A DNA stretch of 64,000 nt from Podarcis muralis (lineage: Eukaryota), in assembly GCF_964188315.1 (NCBI RefSeq), contig NC_135656.1:107012001-107076000 (forward strand). Reading direction: 5' to 3'. Of the stretch, positions 45,575-57,398 are shown piece after piece; position 1 is the first letter of the stretch, and each line of letters begins with the position of its first letter. A program made the translations under genes and the position numbers. Below the pieces are notes generated by a model. That model was given only the letters and a program-made list of their open reading frames with translations, was not told the origin of the DNA and ran no database searches.

Positions 45575-48500
45575 TCAGTCCGACTTCCCCCACTCTCTCC
45601 TTTCCATGTACGTGCTCAAAAGATCCCTGATCTCCCGCGCTCGGGGGTTGGCCGCGTACACCAGCTGCCTCTCCGGCTGCTGGTAAGACCGCGAGACGGA
45701 CCTCACCACTTCCTGCCAGCCTTCCTGGAGAGGCTCGCCTCTGGTCTCGCAAATGTTGTGCAGGATGCAGCAGGCCACGATGACCCGGGGGGCGTAGCGC
45801 TCCCTCACGTCCAGGCGGGAGAGCAGGCACCGCCAGCGGCCCCGGAGGCGCTCGAAGGCGGACTCTGCCACCGCGTGGCAGCGGCCAAGGGCGTCGTTGA
45901 ACCGCTGCTGGCGGGCGTCCAAGTGCCCGCCATACGGAGTCATCAGCCAGGCCAGCAGCGGGTAAGCGGGGTCTCCAAGGATCACCGGCTTCAACTGCTC
46001 GCCTCCCACGTCCACGGTCACGCTGGGACCAAAGGTGCCTTGGTTCATGGCACGGAAGATGGGCGAGCCGCGGAAAATCCGGGCTCCGGGAAGCTTCCCG
46101 GAGCGCCCCGCGTAGACGTCCGTGAACCTGCCTCTGTGGTCCACCAGTACTTGCAGGACCATGGAGTAGTAGCCTTTGCTGTTGATGTACTCGGTGGCTC
46201 TGTGTGCCGGGGCAATGATAGGGATGTGGGTGGCGTCGAGGACTCCGATGCAGTGGGGGAAGCCCTTGGCAGCGAAGCCTTCCATCACCTCCTGGGCACC
46301 GGCCAGGTGGACCACGTGGTGGTAGACGTCGTAGAGCGCTTGGCAGACTTCCATGACGATCCTGGAGACCGTGGAGCGGCCCACCCCAAAGCACTCGGCC
46401 ACCGAGCGATAGCTATCCGGGGTGGCCAGCTTCCAGACGGCGATGGCCAGCTGCTTCTCGACGGTGATCGGAGCGCGCATGTTGGTGGTCTGCCGCTCGA
46501 GGACGGGCCTGAGCCGGTCGCACAGCTCCATGAAGGTCCTCCGGCTCATGCGGAAGTTCTCCTGCCAGAGTTGGTCGTCCCAGTGGGGCAGAACCACCTT
46601 CTCCCACCATTCGGAGCGGCCCGGCTGCACCCAGAAGGCCCTCTCCATGATGTAGAGTTCGTCGATCAGGCCGGCCAGGACGGCCGGCGACTGGAAGAGG
46701 CACGAGCACATCATGGCCTTCAGAGAGTCGATGCTCGATTCCACCACCGCCCGGAGGCGCACCGATGCAGCCGTCTCCACCATCTCCTCCAGCTCGGCCA
46801 GGTCGTCGCGCCCTCGCGGCAGAAGCTTCCGGCGTGTCGCCAGCCGCGCAAAGATGCGCGACTGGATCCCCGCGACGGTTGTGATGGCGGCCACGGCAGC
46901 TGTGGCGGCGGCGAGAGCAGCTGATGCCGTCTGATCGCCTTCTGGAGAAAATGAAAGACAAGAGAGGTCGTTTCAGGAACACCAGGAAGGAGCTGCTTTG
47001 TACCAGGGCAGATTCTGGTGATGGAGCCCCATATCTGATAGGCAATGGGTCTCAGGAGCCTCAGCAGGGAAAAGCCTTTTGAACAGCCTTTTGAATGTGT
47101 TTGTGGGAGGCAGGGGGCCCACTATTGTTTCCTTCTTTTTGATTTCACTATTTATTTGTGCTTTTACTTTGTATTTCATCTATGAACCACCCAGAGATCT
47201 TGTGACCACGGGCGGTATATAAATCTAACAAATAAAATATGAATAAATAAACGTGGGTGACTCTAAACGAGGATCGAACAAATTCATGGAGGACAAAGGC
47301 TATCCAATGGCTATTAGCCACGATGCCTGTGCTCTATCTCCACGATTGGAGGCAACAAGGCTTCTTAAGAATAAGAATTTTATTAATTATACCCCACCCA
47401 TCCGGCTGGATTTCCCCAGCCACTCTGGGCAGAATATTAAAAACATGATCAAAAATTAAAAACTTCCCTAAACAGGGTTACCTTCAGATGTCTTCTAAAA
47501 GTCAGGCAGTTGTTTATTTCCTTGACATCTGATGGGAGGGCATTCCACAAGGCGGGTGCCACCACCGAGAAGGCCCTCTGCCTGGTTCCCTGTAACCACA
47601 CTTCTCGCAGTGAGGGAACTGCCAGAAGGCCCTTGGAGCTGGACCTCAGTGTCCGGGCTGAGCGACGGGAGCAAGGCCAATTGCTAGGAACCACAGGAGG
47701 GAAAAGGGCTCTTGCGTTCGGATCCTGCTTGCGTATTTCCCACTGGCATCTGGCTGGCCACTGTGAGAACAGGATGATGGAATAGATGGGCCACTGGCCT
47801 GATCCAGCAGGCTATTCTTAAGTTCTTACTTTGGGGTGCGTCCACCAACAGTTAAAGTCCCATCTATCTACCATGAGTTTCCCCGGACAACTAGTGTTGG
47901 GTCTGAATGTTTGCCGATTAGGATTTGGCCTTTTTTTGGATTCCGCAAGGCTTCTTTTTTAAAAAATAAAATAAAAATAAAACAATGCAAAACAATGTTG
48001 TTATTGCTGCAAAGGAAAGGGCACATAGAATTTGCAAAAAATATATATAATTTGTTCAGGTTCCTATTATTCCTTAGGCAAATACCTGTTTGTTTCGGTT
48101 CAGCTTATTCTGTTGCTGCGAGTCCTGGGGGGGAAAGCATGTGGGCACAAGGGGCATTGAGGTGACCAACACCTGCTGCATATATTTAAAGGAAGAAGTG
48201 GGACTGGCCTGTGGAGGCCGTGAGACCAAATATTTGAATGCTTCCTCCTGTACAAGGAGAATTTCCACGTTTGAAACTTGCAGTCATGGAAAAGGCCAGG
48301 CTACTTCTGTAGGTCCAGGATTTTGTTGTTGTTGTTGTTTTACATTGAATAGGATAGAATTTTTTAAAAAGAGAGATTTCCTGCTTGTAGCTGGAATTCT
48401 TTTGTGTTTTGCCAGCCGTTGAGAGTAAAAGCCGACTGTGACATGTTGGTTTAATCTCTCAAAAGCTGAAAACATCCCAGAGTTTGCACTGCAGGAGTTT

Positions 48501-49313
48501 GCACAAGCTGGGGCCCGACTGGAATGTCCTTGGAAGCCTGAGAAAGAAGTAGAAGCTGCCTTGTTTATCAGTTTCGCATCCACACCCTTCACAGCAGCCC
48601 CTGAAGGCTCTTCCTGGTCACAGACCCGCATTCTCAAATCTAACAAACTAAAAAAACAAAAAACTCTACTGTCTTTTAATTCTATGAACATGTACCTAAG
48701 CATGCATCTTTTAAGTCTCTCAATAGCTTTGCAAGAGTTACAAATATAGACAAAAATGCTAGCTTATTCTCCTACTTTGTGAAATGAGAAACTTATCGTG
48801 GGCCAGAGGATAGCCAGTTTGGATATACAGTCGTACCTTGGTTGACAAACGCCTTGTGAGTCAAACGTTTTGGCTCCCAAATGCCGCAAACCCGGAAGTG
48901 ATTGTTCCGGTTTGTGAATGTTCTTTGGAACCCAAACGTCCGATGGGGCTTCTGATTGGCTGCAGGAGCTTCCTGCAGCCAATCAGAAGCCGCACCTTGG
49001 TTTTCGAACGTTTTGGAAGTCAAATGGACTTCGGAAGGGATTCTGTTTGACTTCAGAAGGCAGCCTCTTAGGCGCACCAGACAGAAGGGACCCTAAGGCC
49101 AGCAACACATTCACCTTTTACATGATGAAATCAAACTTTTGACTTACACGGTTTCCACTGAAATACTCTTCTGTTTTGTTTTTCTGTCCGAGTCCTTACC
49201 TGAGCTGCTATTCCTTGGCATCTCCTCTGTCTTAGGGTCCTGGGGGTCCAGGTTCGATGTTTCTTCTTCTCTCTCCATCCTCAACCTCACCTTAGGCTTT
49301 AAGAAAGGAAAAC
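45575..49313 (-). CDS. KRAB-B-like exon spliced to a PIF/Harbinger DDE transposase exon (at least 493 aa; 5' exon unresolved)
   Basis: Exon 49313-49200 (114 nt, GFPFLKPKVRLRMEREEE..LDPQ, tag| and |gtaagg, phase 1/1) and exon 46941-45575 (tttctccag|, phase 1, no stop or frameshift). Harbinger motifs NFRM, WKLAT, LDATH, GDPAYP, AESAF, CCILHN. The transposase homology is firm; the splice join is predicted. Confidence 0.85.
47375..47665 (-). mobile_element. L2-like LINE 3' fragment
   Basis: FSVVAPALWNALPSDVKEINNCLTFRRHLKVTLFREVF. Confidence 0.8.
48284..48639 (-). pseudogene. Degenerate KRAB-ZNF terminal exon (linker plus broken C2H2 motifs)
   Basis: Acceptor tttgttag|, phase 1, DLRMRVCDQEEPSG..; contains C..C..F-x5-L-x2-H and SQRLAKHKRIP; a TGEKPF-like nucleotide echo near 48235-48255. 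Confidence 0.5.
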
Positions 49314-49821
49314 CTAATCAGGAAAGAGAAGCCAGAACAAAGGCAAAGGGGCTGGCAGATTCCAACAAGGCCTGTGGCTCCTACTGCAGCAAAATGCTGC
49401 ATTTACAAGATGAGAAGCGCCAAAGATTATAATCATCCAAGCATGTGCAGAGCAGAGTAGGTTCTGGAGCAGATTTTCGTAGGATCATGGAGTTGGAAGG
49501 GACCTCAAACGTAATCCAGTTGGTGGAGCATCAGACTCTTAATCTCAGGGTCGTGCAAACAAATCCTGCATTGCAGGGGGCTGGACTAGATAACTCGTGT
49601 GGTCTCTTTCCAACTCTACCATTCTAATGCAGGAATTACAGCTTGGTTTCCTGGTAGAGCTGGAAAAGCTCCAGAAAAACGCAGCCAAAATCGTCAAGAG
49701 GCTGGAGACACTCATATACTTGTATGACAATACTAAGCAGGGGCAATGTCTGACATCCTTGGGCATCAGGGAGGATCCACCCAGCGCTCTGAACAGTGCC
49801 AGGCATTGTGGCTTATCCACC

Positions 49822-50220
49822 ATTTTATTTTTATTTTTTAATTATTTTTATCATCAATTTCAACATAACAAATTATCAAACCATATAATCACATACATTA
49901 TTTTCCCCCTCCCTTCCCTCCCCCACCAAAGACTTCCCTCAGCTCCTCTCTCTGATTTCTCAGCACATATTATTCTCTGCATGTTATAAAATTGTACATA
50001 TCCTTATATTATCTATCTAACATGTTATCAACCAAAAAATTTGTGTATGTTTATTCAAAACCTGCCAAGGAGTCCAGTTCATTTTGTTGTCTTTTTAAAT
50101 AATTTGTAAAAAGCTCCCATTTTTCCTTAAAGTCACAGTTGTCCTTGTCCCGCAATTTATATGTTAATTTAGCCAACTCTGCATAACTGATCAATTTTTG
50201 GCTTATCCGCCATTTTAATG
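49822..50220 (-). mobile_element. L1 3' fragment
   Basis: KLISYAELAKLT..KWELF ORF2 C-terminus and A-rich tail. Confidence 0.8.
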
Positions 50221-50464
50221 CCCACCAGACCCCCACAGCAACACCACATCCCCATCCGTCCTGTACATTGAAAGCAGTACCATTCTGCTCAAAAAAATGT
50301 CATGGCTTCCCCCAAATAATTCTGGGAAATGTAGTTCGTTAAAGGTGCTGAGGGTCGTTATATGTCTCTGACTACCACTCGCTGGGAACTGCAGCGGGGC
50401 AGAGTACCGTTGTGCTCATGTCCTGCTAGCAAACCTCCCCACAGGCCATGGGGCGAACAGGATA

Positions 50465-50676
50465 CAGTGGTACCTCAGGTTAAGAACTTAATTCATTCCA
50501 GAGGTCCATTCTTAAACTGAAGCACCACTTTAGCTAATGGGGCCTCCCGCTGCCACTGTGCTGCCGCCGCCGCGCGATTTCTGTTCTCATCCTGAAGCAA
50601 AGTTCTTAACCCAAGGTAATATTTCTGGGTTAGCGGAGTCTGTAACCTGAAGCGTATGTAACCTGAGGTACCACTG
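50465..50676. mobile_element. Tigger-like MITE
   Basis: TA|cagtggtacctcaggtta..taacctgaggtaccactg|TA; inverted relative to 9708-9933. Confidence 0.88.
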
Positions 50677-51929
50677 TACTGGTCTGGATGGGCCATTGGC
50701 CTAGTGAGGCAAGTAGGAGATCCCTATTCCACCCGCAGAGCTACCAGAGTTCCCAGGGGTTAAATAACACTGTTCCCAGTTCCCAGCATTCTTTGGGGGG
50801 AAGCAATGGCCTTTAAAGTGGCATGACGCTGGTTTAATGGTATAGTGCAGAAGATGTCTGTGTTGGACCCACTTCCAGGAAATTGTGCAGGCCGCTGCCG
50901 ACTTAAATTAGTGACCCTTAAACAAGCTTCCTAGGAAGTGAGTCTTGCTTGGCACTTGCTCCAAAGGAAACGTGCGCAGGATTGGGTTGGGATTGGGGAA
51001 GGTGGCCATTGCTCTGTGGTGGAGGTGGTCTTAGGTTTAATCCCAGGCACCTCAGGATTTCAGGAAGCTAGCCTGAGAAGGCTTAGGACAGCCCCCCCCC
51101 CCAAACTCGGCCCTCCAGATGTTTTGGGACTACAACTCCCACCATCCCTAGCTAACAGGACCAGTGGTCAGGGATGATGGGAACTGTAGTCCCAAAACAT
51201 CTGGAGGGCCGAGTTTGGGGGTGCCTGGCTTAGGAACTGCCTATGGCAGGGATGGGGCGGGTGGATAGCTGGGGGCAACATCGCCCACCACCCCTGGTCA
51301 CTAGCTACATTGCCTGTGGCTGATGGGACCTGGAGTCCCACAGTGCCAGGAGAGCCACAGGTCTTCCTTTCCTGACTTGGGAGACTCGCCATTGGCTGGA
51401 GCTGCACACAGTGCATGGCTAAATCAGAGGCAGTCAGTCTTCAGGTTTGTCTGATATCCTATTTAGTTTTACCTAGAAGACTCAAGATTTTCCAACCAGG
51501 GCCAGATGCAAAAGGCATACCTCCAGGGTGCGGTTTTCCCAAATGCGGGTTTCTATTTTTTTGGACTACAACCCCCATCATCCTTAGCTGGCAGGAACCA
51601 GGGGTAAGGGATGATGGGAACTGTAGTCCAGAAACAGCAGCAGACCCAAGTTTGGGAAGCCTTGCTCTAGGGCAGGGACAGCCTGTGCGGTGATTTCTTA
51701 ATACTTCAAACTACGACTCCCAGAAGCCCCAGTCTGCACTGCCAAAGGTCAGGGAGGATGTGAGCTATAATCCAAAACCACTTAAGGGCGCCGGTGCAGT
51801 TACCTTGTGTTTCTGAGCAGCAATAATTTATTTCCAGGGCCAGAAATGAATTGAGCCGGAGCTGAATTTCACGCGGAAGTCTATTCCTGATTAGGGATTC
51901 CCCCCCCCCCCCCATTTCAGGAATTTATG

Positions 51930-52500
51930 TTTAGGTGGAGAACATCATTTCTTCACTGCTGATGGGACGACCGAGCGCAGGAAGCCCTTGCCGATCTACT
52001 GCAAACCATCCAGATCTCAGCAGATCTCCAGCCACCTCCCGCCTACCGGATTCCCACTTGATCCAGCCTGGTCGGCGTCTTCCTTACACCATCCTCCCGT
52101 TTGCATTTAGAGAGGCGCCAGGCTCCTTTATCGCAAGCTGCGGACCACAGGAATCATCTTTCTTGGTCGCTCCATCTGGGGGATCTCAGATTCTCCCCCA
52201 GGATCGGATCGGCTCTCCGGGCAAAGTTGGGTTTCTAAACTCCGCCCCGCACGATTCCCCCGCCTTGTGAGCAGCAGAGCAGACTGGAATCTACTGGGAC
52301 CCCCCACTTCCTGGAGGTCTCGCGGATTCTGCAAATACACGCAGGAAACGCGCGTGCAGCGTGCAAGAAGAGACACGAATCCAGGATCGGCAGCAAACCC
52401 TCCTCCGACAGCCACGGGACCGAGGAGATCCTCTTCCTGTGGCGACTGCGCCCGAAGATCTCTTACGTGTCAGCTCCCCTCAGGGTCCTAAAGCCTACCT
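51930..52500 (-). promoter_or_regulatory. CpG-rich candidate promoter and first exon for the KRAB-transposase gene
   Basis: GC box aactccgccccgcac at about 52238-52252 (same 15-mer as at about 662); minus-strand donor GGT|GTAAGG at 52088/52087. Confidence 0.45.
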
Positions 52501-52714
52501 GCTCCCAGGAGTTGTGATTCTGGGTCGGCTTCTTAACCAAGACTGTGCCTGCGATGCAGTTCTTGCTTCAATTAGGCATCATGACTGTGCCCTGGCACCA
52601 GGGGTGGCCCCGCCATTGTGGGTGCCCGAGGCCGTGGGTGCCATGCAGCATGCATGACCCTGGCACTGAAATTTGTGGGTGCCTGGGCACCCAGTTAGCC
52701 GGCACCTATGACCA

Positions 52715-53052
52715 GGAGATGGTGGCGCTGTGGGTTAAACCAGAGAGCCTAAGACTTGCCGATCAGAAGGTCGGCGGTTCAAATCCTCGCAACGGGGTGA
52801 GCTCCCGTTACTTGGTCCCAGCTCCTGCCAATCTAGCAGTTCGAAAGCACGTCAAAGTGCAAGTAGATAAATAGGTACCGCTTGGGCGGGAAGGTAAACG
52901 GCGTTTCCGTGTGCTGCTCTGGTTCGCCAGAAGCGGCTTAGTCATGCTGGCCACATGACCCGGAAGCTGTACGCCGGCTCCCTCGGCCAATAAAGCGAGA
53001 TGAGCACCGCAACCCCAGAGTCAGTCATGACTGGACCTAATGGTCAGGGCTC
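52715..53052 (+). mobile_element. Sauria SINE
   Basis: Near full-length match to the copy at 25088. Confidence 0.9.
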
Positions 53053-53896
53053 CCTTCATGCAGTTCCTCCAGACCCCGGGATTGCCATGGGTGCAGGGCA
53101 CACAGGGTGATCAACTTGGTCAAGAATCAGCCTGCTCTGCTCAGACAGGTCAGGCATCAACAGAGGGGGGGGTGACCGCTGGAAGGAGCCCATGGGGCAT
53201 CTCCAGCGGCACAACTGGATACCTTCATCTGCCCCACCTGCAACAAAACAGGTCTCTCCTACATCAGTTTCTACAGCCACAGCAGGCGCTGTGACTCTCC
53301 AGCAGTTTGACTTTACCCCCCCGCCCCCAGGTACACTCTTCCATAGAATCATAAAATTGTAGGGATGGAAGACAACCGGAGGGTAATCTAACCCAACCCC
53401 CTGCAATGCTGGATCAATGCTGGTACAGTGGTACCTTGGAAGCCGAACGGAGTCTCGATTTCCAAAACGTTCAAAAACCAAGGCGCTGCTTCCGATTGGC
53501 TGCAGGAAGTTGCAGAAGTCGCATCGGATGTTCGGGTTCCGAAGAACCTTCACAAACCGGAACACTCACTTCCGGGTTTGCAGCGTTTGGGAGCCAAAAC
53601 GTTTGACTTGCCAAGCAACACATGATACTCACGAGTGGCTTTCAACTGGCTGCAGCAGTCAGATCATAACAGATGATAAATGTTTAGCTCTGAGACGAAT
53701 TCTCCCACCTATCATCCCATCACTGTCTCATGGGAGACGAATTCTCCCCTACCTGTAGCCTTTGGGATGTTACTGGACTTCAACCCCACCCACCTTAGGG
53801 ATGATGGGTCTTGCAGTGGCATGTTCACCTGGCAGCCGTGGGGGATGTGAAGCTTTGTGTCTGAATTTCCAGTACAGAAATGCTTCTGCAGAAATA

Positions 53897-54400
53897 CCGT
53901 ATTTTTCGCCCCATAGGGTGCACCGGCCCATAGGGCACACTTATTTTTTTATGGGGGAAATAAAGGGGGGGATTATTATTTTTCCCCCGAGCCCCAAAAA
54001 GCAAAGAAGCCATGACAGCAAGCAGGACGGATCCTGCTAGCTGTCCTGGCTTCGTTTTTAGCCTCGGGGCTGGGGGTCCGGAAGCGAAGGCGAGGTTGCG
54101 CAACCCGGAGCTTGCTCCCGGAGCTTGCCGGCCTGGGGCGGGGGAAGCCCGAGCTTCCCCCGACCCCATCCCCCAGAACAGGCTGCTATCCGCAAGCCTA
54201 GGGAGCCTGGCGGGAACTCCCGCCGGGCTCTCCAGGCTTGCGAATATCTGCCCGAAGCCCGGGGCGCCCCCCGCTGCGCCCCCCGGGTTTCGGGCTGCAG
54301 GCTGCTTCCTGAAAGCCTGCATTCGCCCCATAGGATGCACACACACTTCCCCTTCATTTTTGGAGGGGAAAAAGTGCGTCCTATAGGGCGAAAAATACGG
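53897..54400. mobile_element. Tc2/pogo-like MITE
   Basis: TIR ccgtatttttcgcc / ggcgaaaaatacgg; TA TSD; GC-rich hairpin interior. Confidence 0.85.
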
Positions 54401-54739
54401 TACTTAGAAATGATACCAAGGAAGGAGGGCAGGGATGTTATGGTCTGCATGGTTCATAGGAGCCCCCCCCCCCCCCCCCCGTGTGGAGGCTGTTTGTTAT
54501 AATGTGTCTAGGTAGGAACAGCTGGTTCTTGCATCCCAGAAAACAAAAGATGCTCCAGGCCATTCTCAAAGAAGAGGCGGGTGTGTCAACAAGAGCCCTC
54601 TTCACGCAAACAGACCCAGCCAGGCAGACCCGTCTGACAAGGTCTCTTCACCTCCGCCACCTCCAAACCCTTTTGCAAAGGACAAATCTACCACTTCTCT
54701 GACATAGCACCACCCATAACCAGAAGCTTGCAGAAAGGC

Positions 54740-54994
54740 CATGGGTAGGCAAGCTAAGGCCCGGGGGCAGGATCCAGCCCAATCGCCTTCTAAATCTAGC
54801 CCACGGACGGTCCAGGAATCAGCGTGTTTTTACATGAGTAGAATGTGTCCTTTTATTTAAAATGCATCTCTGGATTATTTGTGGGGCATAGGGATTCATT
54901 CTCTCCCCCCCCCCAAAAAAAATATAGTCCGCCCCCCTACAAGATCTGAGGGACAGTGGGCCGGCCCCTTGCTGAAAAAGTTTGCTGACCCCTG
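54740..54994 (-). mobile_element. hAT MITE
   Basis: 8-bp TSD agaaaggc (54732-54739, 54995-55002). Confidence 0.9.
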
Positions 54995-55319
54995 AGAAAG
55001 GCCATCTCAGAACCTGTTTTCCTGCCTTGTCCATCCTTTTTCTCGTCCACAGCAACCTTGCTCAACCCTGCCTCCCAGTGTCTTCTTCTCTCCCCCCCCC
55101 CAGTTCTAACACCGCCACCCCTCTTTTCAACACACACATATGTGGAGTTTTCTTCCAGCCGAATCCATTCTTCATTTCCTTCCCTTGTCAACAGTATGTA
55201 ACTATCACTTCCACTTCTGCACTTAGAATACTCGACAACATTCCATGATGTTGCAGCAGCTTAGCCAATGGCTGGGGGTTATTTCAAACGCCAGCATATT
55301 CTTTTAACCTATCCTAGCA

Positions 55320-55810
55320 AGTCATTCTCCAGCATGGGGCTTACAACTTCCTGCGTATGGATCCCACAGTAGAAGCGGCATAGAGGAACCATACATTGAA
55401 GATATGGCCTGTAGGTTTATATATGTTGGCTCCCACCCACTCAGACAGATTGTGGGAGGGGACTGTTTTGTCCCTGCTTTATTCTGTATTTTGTGTTCAC
55501 TAAGAGGTGCATCTGAGATCCTTTGCGATGTCACAGAAGACGCTGCCACCAACTTTTCCCTATCCATGGACTCCAGGCCATCGGTCATTGTAAAAATGTG
55601 CCTGGAGGCAGACATGTCGTGTAGAGAGAAGATGCGCCATGGTGCACCGGCAACAGCACAACCAGACGCCTTCATATGCCCCAGTTGCAACAAAACATGT
55701 CTCTCCTGTATCGGCCTCTACAGCCACAGCAGGCGCTGTGACTCTCCAACAGTTCACCCCAAAAGGCACACTTCTCCATTGTCTTCTGAGACAGACAGAT
55801 GCCAACAAAA
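55320..55810 (+). mobile_element. RTE-clade LINE 3' fragment
   Basis: C-terminal zinc motif FICPSCNKTCLSCIGLYSHSRRC; shorter relative at about 53200-53340. Confidence 0.75.
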
Positions 55811-55841
55811 ACCTTCACCCTAAGGTCCCAGATATGTGACA

Positions 55842-55842
<1 letters not shown>

Positions 55843-55886
<44 letters not shown>

Positions 55887-55910
55887 GTGTGTGTGTGTGT
55901 GTTTGTGTGT
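55843..55910. repeat. (ATCT)n(TG)n microsatellite
   Basis: Direct reading. Confidence 0.95.
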
Positions 55911-56241
55911 ATACATATAGAGAAATAAGATGGCACAAAATGGTTTTGTGTTGAGTGGCACGTGAGTTTCTGTGCTACAACATTTTTCTCACACCCCTTA
56001 TTTACCAGAACTAGTAATGTGGGGAAAGAAAGGGGAGGGGGGGGAAGAACCCCACCCCCAACTTTTTTCCCACCCAACCCCGCCTTCCTAATTACACAAC
56101 TAGCCAGCCAAAATCATTAATTGCAAAAAGGTTTTTTGAATTCCTGAAAAAGAAAACTACAACCCGTTACAAACGCAGCCCGGATGTCCCGCACGCTAGC
56201 GGAACTACAGCCAAAGAGCGTCGCCACAGCCGTCTCGGGAG

Positions 56242-57360
56242 TCACCTCCGGTACCTCGCCCTCGCCATGGACCGCCTGGTGGACCCCAAGCGCAAGGGAG
56301 AAGTGTCTGCCGCGTGACCGGGCTGCCCAAGCCGGGGTAAACGGGCCTGCCGGGTTAAGGCCGGGGCCGGGGGAGCCTGTGCCTCTGCCTGCTTCCGCAC
56401 GAGTGACTCTAGCAGTTCTGTCTGGCGGTTCATGAGCGCAATGATCTGTTCAGTGTCCACGCGGTCCCGCTCCCGCTCCTCCAGATCGGCCTTCGTGTAC
56501 TCGCCCAGGGCCGCCAGGATCCGGTCGGTGGCCGCCTGCACCCTTCTGTCAGCTGCGTGGGTGATTTCCAGCGCCAGATCCTGCCTGTTTTTCCTCTTCC
56601 GCTTCCGGATGTTGGCGAGGCGCTCTGCGGCGTACGACCTGGCGGGGTCAGGCAAGGGACTTGGGGAGGGGGTTATGGCCCCGTCTGAAAAGCAGGAAAC
56701 AAAATTATGCTTAGAACTCACTTCCTCAACAGCAAGTCCCATCCAACAAAGTGGGACTTTCCGAATCAACATGATTCGGATTTTCAGCGTTAACTTTAAG
56801 AAGCAGTGCATGAGTTTGCTTTTCCCCCTCCTCCTCCTATTTTCCTTTTGTGTTGTGTCATTTTTGGGTGTAGCTTGATTTTTTAAAAAATTGATCTGTA
56901 AGCTCTCTCTACCAGTTGGTTCAACTGAGCCACAGTGCGAAGGAAAGACAAACGAGTTGGCTCCTATCCATCCCTTGCGAGTCGACTTGTTGGTACCTAC
57001 CTGTCTGGTTGCTTGTGGCAAGAAAGAAAAATGTATTCTGGTAACCCAACAGGGAAGAGCTATGCTTTGGCTTGTGGGCTAGAAATGACTAACATAGTTT
57101 TGTGTAGGATAGCAAGCTCCTGCAGGTGACCATGGGCGAGTGACCTTTGCAGACCAACTTGCAAGGCTGTTCCCTCGAACAGCATCCCTGTTGACACGAG
57201 ACAAGCGCTCGCTATCTGTACTTTCTGGAAACGAATGACATTTCTGGAAACACTGAAGACGAATTTGTTTCGAGACAATTCTCCACCTGGAAGAAACGGC
57301 CTTAGGTTGAACAATACAAAACGCAAACGTCAACTTGGTTTTTGGTGCTGCTTTTCAAAG

Positions 57361-57398
<38 letters not shown>

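Noticed and set aside
45408-46924. Long overlapping ORFs (388 aa plus strand; 328 aa alternate minus frame)
   Set aside because: Shadow frames of the GC-rich transposase exon, with no recognisable motifs
49640-49800. KRAB-A exon for the transposase gene
   Set aside because: Sequence is better explained as a plus-strand CR1 remnant (LEKLQKNAAKIVKRLE)
57060-57333. Additional coding exon of the KRAB-SANT gene
   Set aside because: Open frames exist, but I found no acceptor/donor pair that keeps phase 1 and no recognisable motif
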